From contig NC_134032.1 in assembly GCF_964204645.1 (NCBI RefSeq), forward strand, positions 6,250,275-6,314,274: 64,000 bases of DNA. Direction: 5' to 3'. A program made the position numbers and the translations under genes. Of the stretch, positions 63,471 through 64,000 are shown piece after piece; within the stretch, counting starts at the first letter, position 1, and each line of letters begins with the position of its first letter. This DNA comes from Tubulanus polymorphus. Taxonomy: Eukaryota; Animalia; Nemertea. Under the pieces are notes generated by a model. The model was not told the origin of the DNA. It did not search any database and saw only the letters and a program-made list of their open reading frames with translations.

Positions 63471-64000
63471 GGTCGCTCCGACTATTGAACGACCTGCGGG
63501 TCGCTGTGTTTTGATTTTTTTGTTTATTGCGTCATTTAAATCTGTCACTAAACCCAATTGGATCGTTCATTTAACAGCAGTATTATGTACCGTGGAATGG
63601 ATTTACTTAATCAAAAACTGAAAGAAAATTGCCCCCATCTACAAAGGGGCTCTTTGGTTTTGACCGTGTAGGCCTACTAAAATCATTAGCTTCGAATTTA
63701 GATATACGCCAGGCGGCATCGATCCAGCATTCAGTGACTACAGCACAGTGAAAAAAGGGCACCAACTTTGAAAAGGGCCTGTATTAATGGCCAGCGAGCG
63801 AGTTTGAGATTGAGTGCCAATCAATTTATTGGGTATCATGCCACTGAGTTTGACTTTGAGTGCCAATTAATTTATTGGTATCATGCCACTAAATTTGCCT
63901 CCACATTCAATTTGCTTGTGCCTTTTTAGGTTTTTGGCGAAGTTTGCCCTTTTTCGATTAGATTCATAGAGCCGGTACCGTATTATAGTTACCGGGGGTA

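Overview
AT-rich eukaryotic (metazoan) genomic DNA, most likely a marine invertebrate; the 5.8S variants and HINE-type repeats point weakly to a lophotrochozoan. 1-14.1 kb is a nested transposon cluster. A minus-strand BEL/Pao LTR retrotransposon is split by a near-intact full-length CR1/L2-group LINE and by a second, 5'-truncated LINE. That second LINE is itself split by a 2.4-kb long-TIR DNA element. 16.6-20.9 kb holds a decayed two-domain F5/8 type C (discoidin-like) gene. Near 21.6 kb a ~100-nt 5.8S rRNA fragment sits in the remnant 3' end of a probable Penelope-like element with a degenerate hammerhead-like motif. A 3-exon Golgi carbohydrate sulfotransferase gene lies on + (24495-30369), and its first intron holds a LINE nested in a MITE. 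It converges on a complete 15-exon STAM (ESCRT-0) gene on - (63334-35962), whose introns are packed with HINE/Helentron-like elements, MITEs and SINEs. No CRISPR array or intact tRNA/rRNA gene was found. All calls come from reading the sequence by eye; no database search was run.
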